From NCBI GenBank assembly GCA_001724265.1, contig MEDY01000224.1, positions 1-64,000 of the forward strand: a stretch of DNA of 64,000 nt, in the 5' to 3' direction. This DNA comes from Rhizaria sp. SCN 62-66 (lineage: Eukaryota). Of this stretch, positions 47,491 to 58,768 are shown piece by piece; positions within the stretch are counted from its first letter, which is position 1, and every line of letters starts with the position of its first letter. The translations under genes were made by a program, and so were the position numbers. The notes beneath the pieces were generated by a model. It was not told the origin of the DNA. It ran no database searches and saw only the letters and a program-made list of their open reading frames with translations.

Positions 47491-48584
47491 ATGCAGCTTT
47501 CAGCTCTGAAGCTTTGTGATTGCGACGTATCCTCACTAATTATTATTATTGTTATTATTATCAACCAACCTTAATTATTTATTTATTAATAGAAACTTTC
47601 ACTTCAATTCTACTCTGATGTGCTGATCTGAATCTTGTTAGTGCCTTAACAACGGGGGATGTTGTAGTTGTTGAAAATCAAGAGTTGTTTGTTTGTGTAT
47701 GATTAACCATTGGTGATTGATTGATCGAAAATGATGCTTGTAATTGTCATGGCAAGATTAGATTGATGAATAGAAAGTGCCTTTCGAGGCGTCTCATCGA
47801 CAATGGAAAGACAAATTTGATTTTCGAACTAAAAATCTACTCCTTGGTGATTGAAATTGTTTTGTCTTCATTTTGTTATTTTGCTTTGAAAGTTGTAATT
47901 CCTGCGCCTGTCGAGGTGTTCCTAAAGACACCACGAGTGTTGTCGTCGTACAATTATACATGTACGCGTCGTTACAATCACTCAGTGCACATCAAATTAG
48001 GTGCACCACTTACCTGACGCTTCTTTAACGGCAACTAGAGCCAGCACTTGCTTTGTGAAACGAAAACAACAAAACAAGCGCCCCTCTACTGCACACAAAC
48101 ACACACATATCTATCTATACCCCACCGTCCCACACAAAAAACATATATATAAGTTAAGCTACCCCCTGCATACGCACCGCAGAGCAGCCGCAACACCCCC
48201 AACAGACCCTCACGGGCGAACGAGAGCCAGAGAGAGTGAAAGAAACACAACAACAATACGACCACAACGGAGTCACAAACACACGAATCGTATGGACATC
48301 GCAGTACTCTGAGAACTTGATACGTAAAAGAAAAAAACAGGACTTAAAGAAAGAAACAAAGTTCTGAAGTGAAAAACGAAAAGGACGATGACGACTCTTC
48401 AACGGAAATTGTGTGATTGTTGTTTTAGCGGAAATGTTCGGTGATGTTGTAATGACCCCATTTTCTCTCTGTTTTACCCTCGCTTTACGACCACCCCCCT
48501 TAGACATCAAGTAAACTCAAAGCCACTTCGACTAAAAGAAGCCGCCCGGTATTTACTTCGACGGCACCTCATAGTCGCGGCTAC

Positions 48585-50039
48585 TTAGACGTCGATAGGC
48601 TCGCGGCGGATGGCGCGCGACTTGAGCATGGCAATGACCTCGGCGCGCGACAGCTTGCCGGTGTTGACCCAGACCGAGGGCGTGGTGGTACCAGTAAGGT
48701 CGACCGAGCCCTGCTTGATGAGCTCTTCCTCGGAGAGCCGGCCCTCCTTGGCGGGCTCGTCGTTGAACTGCACGTAGAAGTCGGCCAGACGCTCCCACTG
48801 CTTGAACAGGATCAAGATCGCGAGCTCAACAATGGACACGGTGTGGAACACCATGGCGTTGTACTTCTTGAACTCCTCGACCTTGGTCTTGCGGTACTCG
48901 GGCAGATCACGCCAGTACACGTGGGTCGCGTAGTGGTGCGCCATGTGGTCGTCCTCGCCAAAGTAGTCGTCGTTGCCGTCAACGATGCACGTCGAGTTGA
49001 CGCACCCGATGGGCTTGCCCTCATCGTCGTAGTCGACGAAGGCGTGGAAGGCGAAGTTCATGAACGAGAGGAAGAAGGTCATGCCGATGAAGGGCTGAAC
49101 GTACATGAAGAAGACGAAGGACCAGGAGCCGGTGAGGAGGTAGATGGCCAGCGGGTAGACGATGAGGTACGACACCATGCCGCGCGCGAGCTTCTTCCAC
49201 TGCTCGCCGAGGCCGCGGCGGTACATAATGAGCACGGACGAGATGCCCAGGCAGTGGAGCGTGATGCGGTGAAGGAAGACCATGAAGTCCTTCCAGGAGG
49301 TGCGGTCCATGTCGAACTGGTAGAACGAGTCCTGTGAGCCGGCCTGGAGGAAGTGGTGCAGGTAGATGTGCGAAGTGGAGAAGTTGTAGGGCACGTTGCC
49401 GAAAAAGGGGCCCAGAAGGTTCTCGAAGAGGTTGCCCACGGAGTTCGCGATGGCGGGCTTGTAGAAGTTGGGGTTGTGGCCCTCACGGTGGGCCAGCGAG
49501 TAGGCGCCGCCGAGCGTGCCGCCGCGGATGCCGACCCACATGCAGTAGTAGAAGTAGACCTGCCACCAGCTCAGAGTGCCGTTGAGACGCTGCTGGATGA
49601 CGCAGTAGCCGAAGGGCAGCACCCAGCTCAGCAGGACAAGGATGGACTGCGCAAAGTAGTCGGCGTGGATGGGCCGCTGGTAGATGTACTTGGAGGCAAA
49701 GTCGCGGAGCTTGGGGTGGCGCTCCATCCAGTTGTAGATGGGCTGCAGCACCGGCTTGAGTGCGTGGTGCCAACTGGCGCCCATGCCGAAGATTGGGATC
49801 GCCCAAAACACAATGAAATTGATGGTCATGAGGATGCCGAGGCCGAGACGGAGCGCGTAAGGCCACGAGTCGCCAGACTGGCGGCCCGAATCGCCGCCGT
49901 AGCGCGTCGACGGGTGCGGAACGGACTTCGAGCAGGAGCTGGTGGAGGAAGCGGCGGGGGCACTCTTTGAGTCCTCGGCGGTCTTGCCGCCACGCTGGAT
50001 GACGTCAGAGTCGGACGGGACACCGACAGCAGAAGCCAT
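48585..50039 (-). CDS. Membrane fatty-acid desaturase/hydroxylase superfamily protein, 484 aa
   Basis: Three His boxes (HREGH, HIYLHH, HMAHH) and multiple hydrophobic helices. No cytochrome b5 HPGG motif. Strong C/G-ending codon bias. TAA stop. Confidence 0.88.
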   Translation of the reverse strand: MASAVGVPSDSDVIQRGGKTAEDSKSAPAASSTSSCSKSVPHPSTRYGGDSGRQSGDSWPYALRLGLGILMTINFIVFWAIPIFGMGASWHHALKPVLQPIYNWMERHPKLRDFASKYIYQRPIHADYFAQSILVLLSWVLPFGYCVIQQRLNGTLSWWQVYFYYCMWVGIRGGTLGGAYSLAHREGHNPNFYKPAIANSVGNLFENLLGPFFGNVPYNFSTSHIYLHHFLQAGSQDSFYQFDMDRTSWKDFMVFLHRITLHCLGISSVLIMYRRGLGEQWKKLARGMVSYLIVYPLAIYLLTGSWSFVFFMYVQPFIGMTFFLSFMNFAFHAFVDYDDEGKPIGCVNSTCIVDGNDDYFGEDDHMAHHYATHVYWRDLPEYRKTKVEEFKKYNAMVFHTVSIVELAILILFKQWERLADFYVQFNDEPAKEGRLSEEELIKQGSVDLTGTTTPSVWVNTGKLSRAEVIAMLKSRAIRREPIDV

Positions 50040-50706
50040 TCGTAGTCCTATTACAGCGCGATGTCAAGAGAAAAAGCACAGCGTGAGAAATGTGGGGTAT
50101 AAAACGGTCTTTTGGTTCCCCGCCGCAGCCGCCAGGGCTCGGCCCCAAGAGCACGTGCGGAGGCGAAGGTCCGATTGATATAGCACGTGATAACGACACT
50201 GCTTCAACTGAACAAGATAATCTAAAAATAAACCCAGTGCAAACAACACCAAAATCGCAATAATACACCGCCACTGGCGCTCCCTTGCCTCATAATAGCA
50301 GTTGAGAAATCCATCCAACGTCCCGAAAGCGCGACGGGCAACACTGGACCGACTTGACTGGCCAGTCAGTTTCGCGGTCAAACTGACCGAGAGCTTCCGT
50401 CTGCCCGACACGTGGAATGAGGCAGATCTTGAGGTATATGGAAGGGTTGATGGGGGTGGATTAAAAAATAAAGAATTTGTTGAAAGGCGATATGAAGTGG
50501 TAATCTCAGTTGGGAATGTATTTTGTGAAATCTACAACTGGTTGAATGACAAATTGGGGGAAGAAAAGAGAGCCAAGAAAGCTCTCAGCTTTCCCTCTCT
50601 CGCTCTCCGTCCCCCTTTTTCCTCTTCCTAACGTGCTCACACAGCAAACAAAGAGAGCAGAAAACAGTTCGGTTGGCTTCTGCACGACACCATGCTGCGT
50701 GCTTAC

Positions 50707-51446
50707 TTAGACAGCATCGCCGAAGTCGAGGTTGAACTGGCGGCCGAGCTCGGCAGCCTTGTCCATGAGCTCGCCCGCACGGACGAAGGTCGACTGCTTG
50801 AGGACCTTGGCGGTGGAGACGTCGATGTCGGTGTACTTGGCCTCCTGCGTGACGGGCACGGGCATCTGCTGCACCTCCTTCTTGGTGGTGTTGAACTGCG
50901 ACGCGATGCGCTGCTCGTGGAGAGCAAGCTCGCGCTCGAGGGCAGTGTAGGTGTCGTAGTCGAGGAACTTGACAAGGTTGAGCTGGTTGCGGGCAGTGAA
51001 CATGTCGTTGGACGACAGCGCGCGGTAGAAAAGGCGCTGCGCGTTCTGGACGTTGAGACGCTTGACCTCGCGCTGAGCGGCCTCGGCGACGAGGACCTTG
51101 ATGGCGTTGGGCGAGCCGGAGACGGCCTGGATCTCGAACACCTGGCGGGACATGTTGGCCACAACGGTGGTCAGGTTCTGGAGGCGCTCGAGCTCGGCGT
51201 TGCGCTGCTCAAACAGGGGCGAAGGGCGCTCGCACCACTGGCCGGTCCACTGGGGCGCGCAGTAGCACACGTTGTTCTTGCAGGTGGCGCCGTTGTAGCA
51301 GCCGCACTGCGCGTGGGGGTTGGGCACAAGGGGGAACACGGTGGGGGTGATGGTGACGTTGACGCCCGAAGCATCGGCGACAGCGGCGGTGTTATTCACG
51401 GCAGGCGTGTCAGCGGTCTCGATCAGGGCGACGTCCTCAGTCTCAG

Positions 51447-51481
<35 letters not shown>

Positions 51482-52012
51482 ACGTCAGCCTCCTCATCGG
51501 CATCAGCATCGGCATCGGCATCAGCCTCGGCCTCGTACTCAGCCTCGGCGTCCGCCTCGAGCTCGTACTCGGCGTCCTGCTCGACGTCGGCCTCAGCCTC
51601 AAGCTCGGTCTCAGCCTCGGCATCGACCTCGGCCTCGGCGTCAACCTCAGCCTCGGCGTCGGCCTCGGCGGTCAGGGCGAGGTCGAGAAGGGACTCGCCC
51701 TCGACCTCAGCGTCCAGCTCGAGCTCAGACTCGGCGAGAAGCTCCACCTCGGCGCCCGTCTCGATGAAAGCAGGGCTCTCCTCAGCGTAGACATCAATCT
51801 CGTGAGAGACGTCTGCAAAAGCAAAAACAAAAGGGGCGAAACACGCGCGTGGGAAGGCACAATAGAGGTCAGCAAAGCAGAGCTCGAAAGGAGAGATGGG
51901 GGTGGGGGCCAACAAATGGAAGCATACAGCGCGTCGAAAACGTACCCTGGGCCGACACAGCAAAGGCGCCAAACGAAAGCGCCAGTAGAACGGCGAAAAT
52001 AGCCAAACGCAT
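50707..52012 (-). CDS. Secreted protein: signal peptide, very acidic E/D/A region, one EGF-like domain, helical C-terminus; exons 52012-51946 and 51812-50707, ~390 aa
   Basis: Signal peptide MRLAIFAVLLALSFGAFAVSA. Intron 51945-51813 GTACGT..CAG in phase 1. CGCYNGATCKNNVCYCAPQWTGQWCE is EGF-like. TAA stop. Confidence 0.85.
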
Positions 52013-52514
52013 TGGATACCTCGGGTTCTTAACACAAGCAAAGACCTCTTTTTCGTCTTGCCTGGTCGTCTCTCTGGCTGGGGCACAGCCTTGCTCCTGG
52101 CGGCTTACCTTCCTATTTTTGAGAACCATTCCACCTCCATCCCTTATTTGCACTTTAAACACGCCTAAGTCTTTTTCACAAGCAAAATAAAAAATACAGA
52201 TTTTTTAATAAAGCTAAATCCGTCAAACTATTACGTTCATATGTATGATACTGTTGGCATTGTACATTAAATCGACGAGAATCCAGTGCGGGAGCATGCA
52301 AGATTCTACGTTGGAAACAACTGTTACCATTAAAGCGCCCTCTATGAGCGCATACATAGTGTATTAATACGTTTTGTTTACAATATATCATACGTTTACT
52401 ATCATACAGAAAAACAAAAATCCTGTTTCACGCGCAGAAGACAAGACACCCTCCTTCCAAGCATCACTCAATCACGGTCACAACCTGTCACAGTCTTCTC
52501 GCTGACATGTCGGT

Positions 52515-55500
52515 TTACATCTGGAGCGCCTGCTGCGCCATGGCAAGCAGCGGGGGCGGCACGTCGACGATCCCGGCGCGCTGCCAGTCGGCGCCGACGA
52601 CCCTGGCGGCCACGGCCCGCGCGGCAGCGGGATCGCAGCCCGCGTCGCCGATCTGGGTCAGCAGCGCGCCCATCATCGTCTTGAGCTCGTCAACAGCGTA
52701 CGTCCGCGCCACGGCCTCACCCAGCGCCTCCTCCAGCCGCGGATCGCGCTCCATCTCGGCCGTCGCGGCGGCCTGCAGCGGCAGCGGCGACAGCGCGTCC
52801 ATCTCCTCCATCGCCTCGCAGAGGGAGAGCACGCCGGCCTGTAGCTCGCCCGCGCCGCGCGCCGTCTGCAGCTGCGCCACCAGCGAGCTCAGCGCAGAGG
52901 CGGTGGTCTCGTAGTCGTCATCCAGGGCCGAAAGCCACGCGCCGACGCTCTCGGAGACTGACGCCACGCCGGGCTCCAAAGCAGCAGCAGCAGCAGCAGC
53001 AGCAGTCTGTTGCTGTTGCTGAGGCTGCTGCTGCTGCTGAGACTGATGCTGTTGCTGGTAAGCAGAGTCGTCAGGGCCATACGCGTCGTTGAACTGCGGC
53101 TGATGCTGCTGCTGGTCATCGTGATAGTGATTGTTGTTATCATCATGGTGACCACTGTTGTTCTTGTTCGCACGGAGCAACGCCTGACGCAGCTCCTCCT
53201 GCAGCGCAGCATCGACCTGGCCGTTGCCGCCGTACTGCTGCTGCTGCGCGTCGTTACCAGGATAGTTGTTCACATGGTCGTTGTTGCTGTTGCCGTTATT
53301 CCACCAGGCCTCCTCGTCGCCGTAGCCAAACGCACCGTTGTTGTTGTTGATGTTGTTGTTGCTGTAGTCGAAGTCCTCGTCGTCGTAGCGCGATTTGAAC
53401 CCGTGGTTGCCCCGCTGCCGCTGCGCGCCGCCCGCCGAGGCAGTCACCGCACTGCCGGTCCCGGTACCAGTCCCGTTGAGGTCGGTGACGGGCGAGAGGA
53501 TGGCGTGCGGGTCCAACGGACGGGCGCGGCCGTAGCCGGTCCTGAACGGGGCCTTGCTGGGCGCCTCGCGGACCGGCAGCGGCGCCGCGACGGGCGCCAG
53601 CGCGTGCATCTCCTGCATGCGCTTGACGCTGGCCTTGGCGCTGGTGGCGGCCGACTCGAGCCTCTTGTGGATGGCCGAGGCGACGAGGAAGATGCAGCCG
53701 CCCAGGAACTCGGGCGGCAGGCAGCGCGGGCACACGTCGCCGTACGAGGTCCACTCGTACAGGAACGGGGAACCGGCCACCGAGGCGGGCTCCTCCTGCG
53801 CCGCGTTGCCGGCGCCGGGAGGCGCGTCCTGCGCCAGCGAGAGCACGCGGTCGGGGTGATTGCGGTTGGCCTCGGGGAAGGCCACGGCGGCGGCCGACGC
53901 GGGCGGGTACTGGCGCTCGTAGCAGATCCACGCGTAGTAGAGCGATACGCGGCACAGGTACTGCACGAACGTCTCGAACGGGATGTTGATGCCCTTGTTC
54001 TTGAACAGCAGCGAGCCCTCAGTCAGCTGCAGCAGCAGACAAGTGTGGTTGTCCAGCACGAAGCGCGGGGAGATGCCGTAGTCGTGCAGCAGCTTCACGA
54101 ACTGCGGGAACTCGAGCACGTGCTCTCTCGCGCCCGCCGCGCCCGCCGCCGCCGCCGACGTCGTGGTGGTGCCGAGCGCGGCCGCGTTGTCGCGGCTGCC
54201 GCCTCCCTTCCCGCGCAGATCGAGCCCCTGGCCGGCGGGCCGCTGTGACGCCGCGTTGCCGCGGCCGGCGACGCCGCCGACGGACTGCGCGACGGCCGAA
54301 AGTGCGGCGTAGCGGTCGTAGATCTTGCGCAGCATCGGCTCGTACTCGCGCCACGCGCGCCGCGCCTCGTGGAGGTCAATCGCCGACGGGTACAGCGGCC
54401 GGTGGCGCTGCAGCGCCGACACCACGCGCGAGCGCTGCTCGCGGTCTCCGTACGCCTCAGCGTCCCACTCGCCCTCGAGCGTGACGGTGCGGACCAGCGT
54501 CTCGGGCTGCTCGTTGGGGATGTGACGCGCGCACGCGCCGATGAGCAGCGCGCCCGGGGCAACGCCCGTGGCGGGGCGGTGCACCGAGGGCGGCGGCGTG
54601 AAGAGCGTCATGACCGACGAGAAGGTCTCGAGCGACGCGCCGTCGAGCTGGCAGAGCTGCGGCAGCAGGTTAGCGACGATGGCGCGCGAGAAGGACGCCT
54701 GCTTGGTCAGCGGCGACCCTGCGAGCCAGAGCAGGCGCAGGCGCGGGTTGAAGGCGAGGATGCGCAGTGCCGCGGGCGTCTGCACCTGGTTAAAGGCGAT
54801 GTCCAGCGCGCTGAGCGAGACAAGCCCGCCGAGCCCGTCGAGCTGCCTGACGTTGTTGTACATGGCGCGCAGCTCGACGAGCGTGGTAAGCGCGCCTACG
54901 GTCGCCAGCGATGGCAGCGCGTTGTTGTTGACGTTGAGCACGAGCAGCTTGCGCAGCCCCGACAGCCCCGTAAGCGAGCGCAACTTGTTGTGCGAGAGGT
55001 CGAGCTCCTCGAGGTTGCGGGGCAGGTTCGCGGGCACGCGCGCGAGCCCGCAGGCCGTGATGCGGAGCACGCGCAGGCGCGAGTAGTTGGCCACGGCGCA
55101 CTCGACGAAGGCGGGCAGCGGCATCGCCTCGCCTTCGCCCCACTGCGGGAACCGGGACTGCGTGTCGTCGTCGTCACCGCCGTCCCCGTTGCCGCCAGCC
55201 TTGCCCTTGCCCTCTCCAGCGCCGGCGCCGGTGCCGGTGCGCGCACGGGCGCTGTTACCGCCGGAGGGTGTGAGCGATGAGCGGCCGCCCGTGGCGCAGG
55301 CCGGCAGCGGCGAGCGCGCGCGCCCGTCCGCCGCCGTGGTCGCGCTCGGCCGGTTGCCGTAGTCGAAGCGGTCTGACCCGTACGCGTAGTTGCGGGGCGT
55401 GCCGGCCTCGCTCTTGCGCGCCGCGATCTGCCGCTCCACCGCCTTGTAGGCGGGCACGCCGCGCGGGGCGGGGGACCGCGCCGGCGTCGCCGTCGCGCCG

Positions 55501-57338
55501 CTGCTGCTACTATGGGCGGGGCGGGGGGGCGGCGAACCCGTGCGGCGGCCGGTCGCGGTGGCGGCGGCGGTGTTGCGAGAGGCAGTGCCGGGGCGAGACT
55601 GCTGCGGGCGCGCCGTCGCGTTGCTGGCGCCGTTGCGAGAGGCTGAGGCCGAGGCCGGGCCGGGAGCGGGACTGCGGGCAGGGGTCGCGGTCGAGGTCGC
55701 GGTGGGGGGGCGGCGGGCACTGGCGCTGGCGCCGGCGCTGGAGGCGCTAGAGTGGGCAGGTGCGTTCGCAGTGACGGGGCGGCTCGCGGGGGCCGGGCGC
55801 GCCGGGGCGGGGATGCGGCTGGCGCTCGCGGGCACAGGTTCGGGCGCGGGTGCGCGCGCGCTCTCGATGTTGTAGCCGTTGCTGGTGTAGCCGTTTGGGT
55901 TGTCATAGCCGTCGCCGTCTGCAGCGCCGACGTTCAGCGGAGCCAGTCTACGATGGACAGCAGCAGCAGCAGTATTCGCGGCAGCAGCGGGGCTATAGGC
56001 GCTCTCAGCGGGCTGCGGGGGCTCGGGGGTCGCGGCGGCCTTCTTCGCAGGGGCTGCGGCCGTGACAGGCTCAGCCTCCTGGTGGGACGCGGGCGCTGAC
56101 GCTGAGACAGACACCGACTCCGGCTCAGGCTTGGCGTGAAGGTCACTGTGATGGTCCTCGTGCTCATGGTGATGAGGTTTCTCATTGCCGTGCGCGTTAG
56201 TAGAGTGGGCGTCGAGTCCGACGTGGAGCCCCCCGTCGAGACTGGCGTCAAGGTCGGCAGTGAAGTTCAGGTCCAGGTCGAATCCGTCATCGTCGTCGTC
56301 GTCGAGGCCGGCGCCGTCGAGTTCACCACCGGCACCTGTCTCTGCCTCCGCCTCGGCCTCGGCCTCGGGCTCGGGCTCATCCTTGGCCTCAGCAGCAGGC
56401 TCAGCCTCGGCCTCAGCAGCAGCAGCAGCAGCAGCAGCAGATTCAGCCTCAGGCTCGGGCTCTGCAGCAGCAGCGACAGCGGCGGCAGCGGCAGCGGGCT
56501 CAGGCTTGGCAGCAACAGGAGCAGCAGGAGCAGCAGCAGCAGCAGCAGCAGGAGCAGCAGGGGCGACCGCAACGGCGACAGGCGCGGGAATGGGAGCGCG
56601 GATGGGGGGCACTATGCTGGCGGCCGAGACGGGCTCGGGGGTCGGCACGGGCGTCAGCTCGTTCTCATTCGCGGCCGCAGCCACGGGCGCAGCTACAGGC
56701 GCAGGGGCAGCTACAGGGGCAACAGGAGCAGGAGCAGGAGCAGGAGCAGCAGCGGCGGCAGCGGCGGGGGCAAAGCCTGGTTTGTTGAGGTCTTCGTCGT
56801 CGCTAAAGTCGAGGTCCAGTTCCAGGTCAGAGGCGTCGTCGTGGGCAGGCGCAGGCGCCGCAACTGGAGCGGGAGCGGGAGCCGCGGCAGCAGGAGCAGC
56901 AGCAGCGGGCGTGGGCGCGGGCACGGGCGCGGGCGCAGCGGCAACAGGGGCCGGAGCCGGGGCTGGAGCAGCAGAGACAGCAGCAACGGCGGCGGTGGGA
57001 GCGACAGGAGCGGCAGCGGCAGCGGCAGCGGCCGGGGAAGGGGCGACGGAGTCGTTCAGGAGCTGGCTGATGTCCAGGTCATCGTCCGACGCGTTGCCGT
57101 TGGCAGCAGCCGCAGCGGCAGGCGCGGCGGCAGGAGCAGGGGCAGCAGCAGCAACAGGTGCAGGCTCCGGCACAGCAGCAGCAGGAGCAGCGGCGGCAGG
57201 AGCAACAAGCGGCGTACTGTTACCGTTGCTGTTGTTGCTGTTGTTGTTGGGGACGGAGGGCGACGTGGGGATATCGTGCAAAAGGTCGCCGATATCGTCG
57301 TCGTCGCCAAAGTTAAAGTCGCTGTCGCTGTCGGACAT
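52515..57338 (-). CDS. Leucine-rich-repeat (SDS22-like) protein with a long Ala/Pro-rich disordered N-terminus and an EF-hand-like helical domain, ~1607 aa
   Basis: LEELDLSHNKLRSL, LLVLNVNNNAL, LVELRAMYNNV, LSALDIAFNQV, LRLLWLAGSP and an LRRcap-like LPQLCQLDG at ~55100-54640. LEFPQFVKLLHDYGI and IPFETFVQYLCRVS follow. ATG 57338 (MSDSDSDF). Confidence 0.85.
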   Translation of the reverse strand: MSDSDSDFNFGDDDDIGDLLHDIPTSPSVPNNNSNNSNGNSTPLVAPAAAAPAAAVPEPAPVAAAAPAPAAAPAAAAAANGNASDDDLDISQLLNDSVAPSPAAAAAAAAPVAPTAAVAAVSAAPAPAPAPVAAAPAPVPAPTPAAAAPAAAAPAPAPVAAPAPAHDDASDLELDLDFSDDEDLNKPGFAPAAAAAAAPAPAPAPVAPVAAPAPVAAPVAAAANENELTPVPTPEPVSAASIVPPIRAPIPAPVAVAVAPAAPAAAAAAAPAAPVAAKPEPAAAAAAVAAAAEPEPEAESAAAAAAAAEAEAEPAAEAKDEPEPEAEAEAEAETGAGGELDGAGLDDDDDDGFDLDLNFTADLDASLDGGLHVGLDAHSTNAHGNEKPHHHEHEDHHSDLHAKPEPESVSVSASAPASHQEAEPVTAAAPAKKAAATPEPPQPAESAYSPAAAANTAAAAVHRRLAPLNVGAADGDGYDNPNGYTSNGYNIESARAPAPEPVPASASRIPAPARPAPASRPVTANAPAHSSASSAGASASARRPPTATSTATPARSPAPGPASASASRNGASNATARPQQSRPGTASRNTAAATATGRRTGSPPPRPAHSSSSGATATPARSPAPRGVPAYKAVERQIAARKSEAGTPRNYAYGSDRFDYGNRPSATTAADGRARSPLPACATGGRSSLTPSGGNSARARTGTGAGAGEGKGKAGGNGDGGDDDDTQSRFPQWGEGEAMPLPAFVECAVANYSRLRVLRITACGLARVPANLPRNLEELDLSHNKLRSLTGLSGLRKLLVLNVNNNALPSLATVGALTTLVELRAMYNNVRQLDGLGGLVSLSALDIAFNQVQTPAALRILAFNPRLRLLWLAGSPLTKQASFSRAIVANLLPQLCQLDGASLETFSSVMTLFTPPPSVHRPATGVAPGALLIGACARHIPNEQPETLVRTVTLEGEWDAEAYGDREQRSRVVSALQRHRPLYPSAIDLHEARRAWREYEPMLRKIYDRYAALSAVAQSVGGVAGRGNAASQRPAGQGLDLRGKGGGSRDNAAALGTTTTSAAAAGAAGAREHVLEFPQFVKLLHDYGISPRFVLDNHTCLLLQLTEGSLLFKNKGINIPFETFVQYLCRVSLYYAWICYERQYPPASAAAVAFPEANRNHPDRVLSLAQDAPPGAGNAAQEEPASVAGSPFLYEWTSYGDVCPRCLPPEFLGGCIFLVASAIHKRLESAATSAKASVKRMQEMHALAPVAAPLPVREAPSKAPFRTGYGRARPLDPHAILSPVTDLNGTGTGTGSAVTASAGGAQRQRGNHGFKSRYDDEDFDYSNNNINNNNGAFGYGDEEAWWNNGNSNNDHVNNYPGNDAQQQQYGGNGQVDAALQEELRQALLRANKNNSGHHDDNNNHYHDDQQQHQPQFNDAYGPDDSAYQQQHQSQQQQQPQQQQQTAAAAAAAALEPGVASVSESVGAWLSALDDDYETTASALSSLVAQLQTARGAGELQAGVLSLCEAMEEMDALSPLPLQAAATAEMERDPRLEEALGEAVARTYAVDELKTMMGALLTQIGDAGCDPAAARAVAARVVGADWQRAGIVDVPPPLLAMAQQALQM

Positions 57339-57950
57339 GGGACGCGAGCGGGCTGAGGCAGAGGGGCGGGGTGCCCTGAGCAAGACGCGGGAGAGCGAAA
57401 GTGGGTGTTTGCAGGCGATGAGACAGCCTGGGTGGAGAGGAAAGCGCGCTCAGAAGGGCAAGAGCGGCCAGGAGCGGGGTAAAAGTAGCACTGAGGGAAA
57501 TAAAAGTAATAGAAAGGTGATATATGTGAGGGATATGAGTTGGCAAAGTCGTTAAGTTGTCGAGCAAGGCGAGGAAGAGATTCCCAACGACATGAAGAAA
57601 CGTGAGAGCGTGTCGGAGATACAAAGCAATTACATCGGCCATAGTGAGCGTTGGTAGCGCATTAAACCAAATTGATCAACGTAAAAGACTTCGGTTCATC
57701 CTTTTTTTCAATGGGAGCTTTACTGTGCGTCGGGGAAGCGAGATACACGACGAAACATCGAAGCTAGGTCGGGAGCAACAGGCCGTTGTGGACAATTTTT
57801 GAGAACCGCCCCGAGTCGGTCGATCGAACTGTGGCAGCGAAGCGAACGAATGGACACCGTCTAGGGCGGTGTAGTTTCCGTCAGGGTCGCTATTTGTGCA
57901 CTGTTATGTGTTGAATCGTGTTTTCACACCTTTTCGCAACAACAAAAAGC

Positions 57951-58217
57951 ATGCCTAGTGTCGCCACCCGCCGTCGCCGCTTCGACGCTGCCCAAGAGCG
58001 CAACGCTGACGAAGAGCGCGGCTTCGCTGCCGCCACGTCGTCCTCTTCCTCGGCGACCCTGATGCCGTCCCGCAACGGCGCGTCTCCCTACGCGCTGAAC
58101 CGCCCCACCGCGGAGGGCGAGAAGATGAACCCGCTGCTGCGGCTGCTGGTCAATTTCCCCGGCATCCCCATCCTCGCGCTCGTCTTCGCAATCTACTACT
58201 TCGTCTTCCGCAAGTGA
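57951..58217 (+). CDS. Small tail-anchored membrane protein, 88 aa
   Basis: ATG in an A-rich context, GC-rich codons, C-terminal hydrophobic helix IPILALVFAIYYFVF followed by RK and TGA. Confidence 0.7.
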   Translation: MPSVATRRRRFDAAQERNADEERGFAAATSSSSSATLMPSRNGASPYALNRPTAEGEKMNPLLRLLVNFPGIPILALVFAIYYFVFRK

Positions 58218-58768
58218 GTGCAAAGCGGCGAAATGAGCGCAAATGTGACATTATATGATTTTATAGCTGCGCTTGTGTTGTTATGTTGCTGTAGACTGCT
58301 GTGCCTTGCGACGATTCTCCGTGGCAGCGCACTCTTGTGCAGGCTGCTGTTGATGGCATCACCGCTGCACTGTTCGCTGTTGCACTCTGAGTTCGTTCAC
58401 AACAGCTTTCACGCTGCCCAGTTGTACTGCTCCGTTACTGCGTCTGCTGACTCTGTGTTGGTTTACGACTCGCAAACCAGGCAAAAAGAAATGGCTATAT
58501 CTCTGTATTGTAGCGTCATCAGACGGCGTACGCTTCTGCGTGCTGTCAGTCAGGCCTTGCGTGCTGAAGGCCACTGCTCTGACTCGACTGCTCCTGGCCC
58601 AAACGCTTGATTCAAGTCGAATATATGGACTATTTACACCGCGACAAGTAGCATGCAGGTGCCATCGCGAATACACACGTTCCAAACATTATCTTCACAA
58701 CACTACCTTCAACTCACTGCTTGGACTTAATCAACTGCAATATCGTGACTCAAACGTTATCAGTCAGT

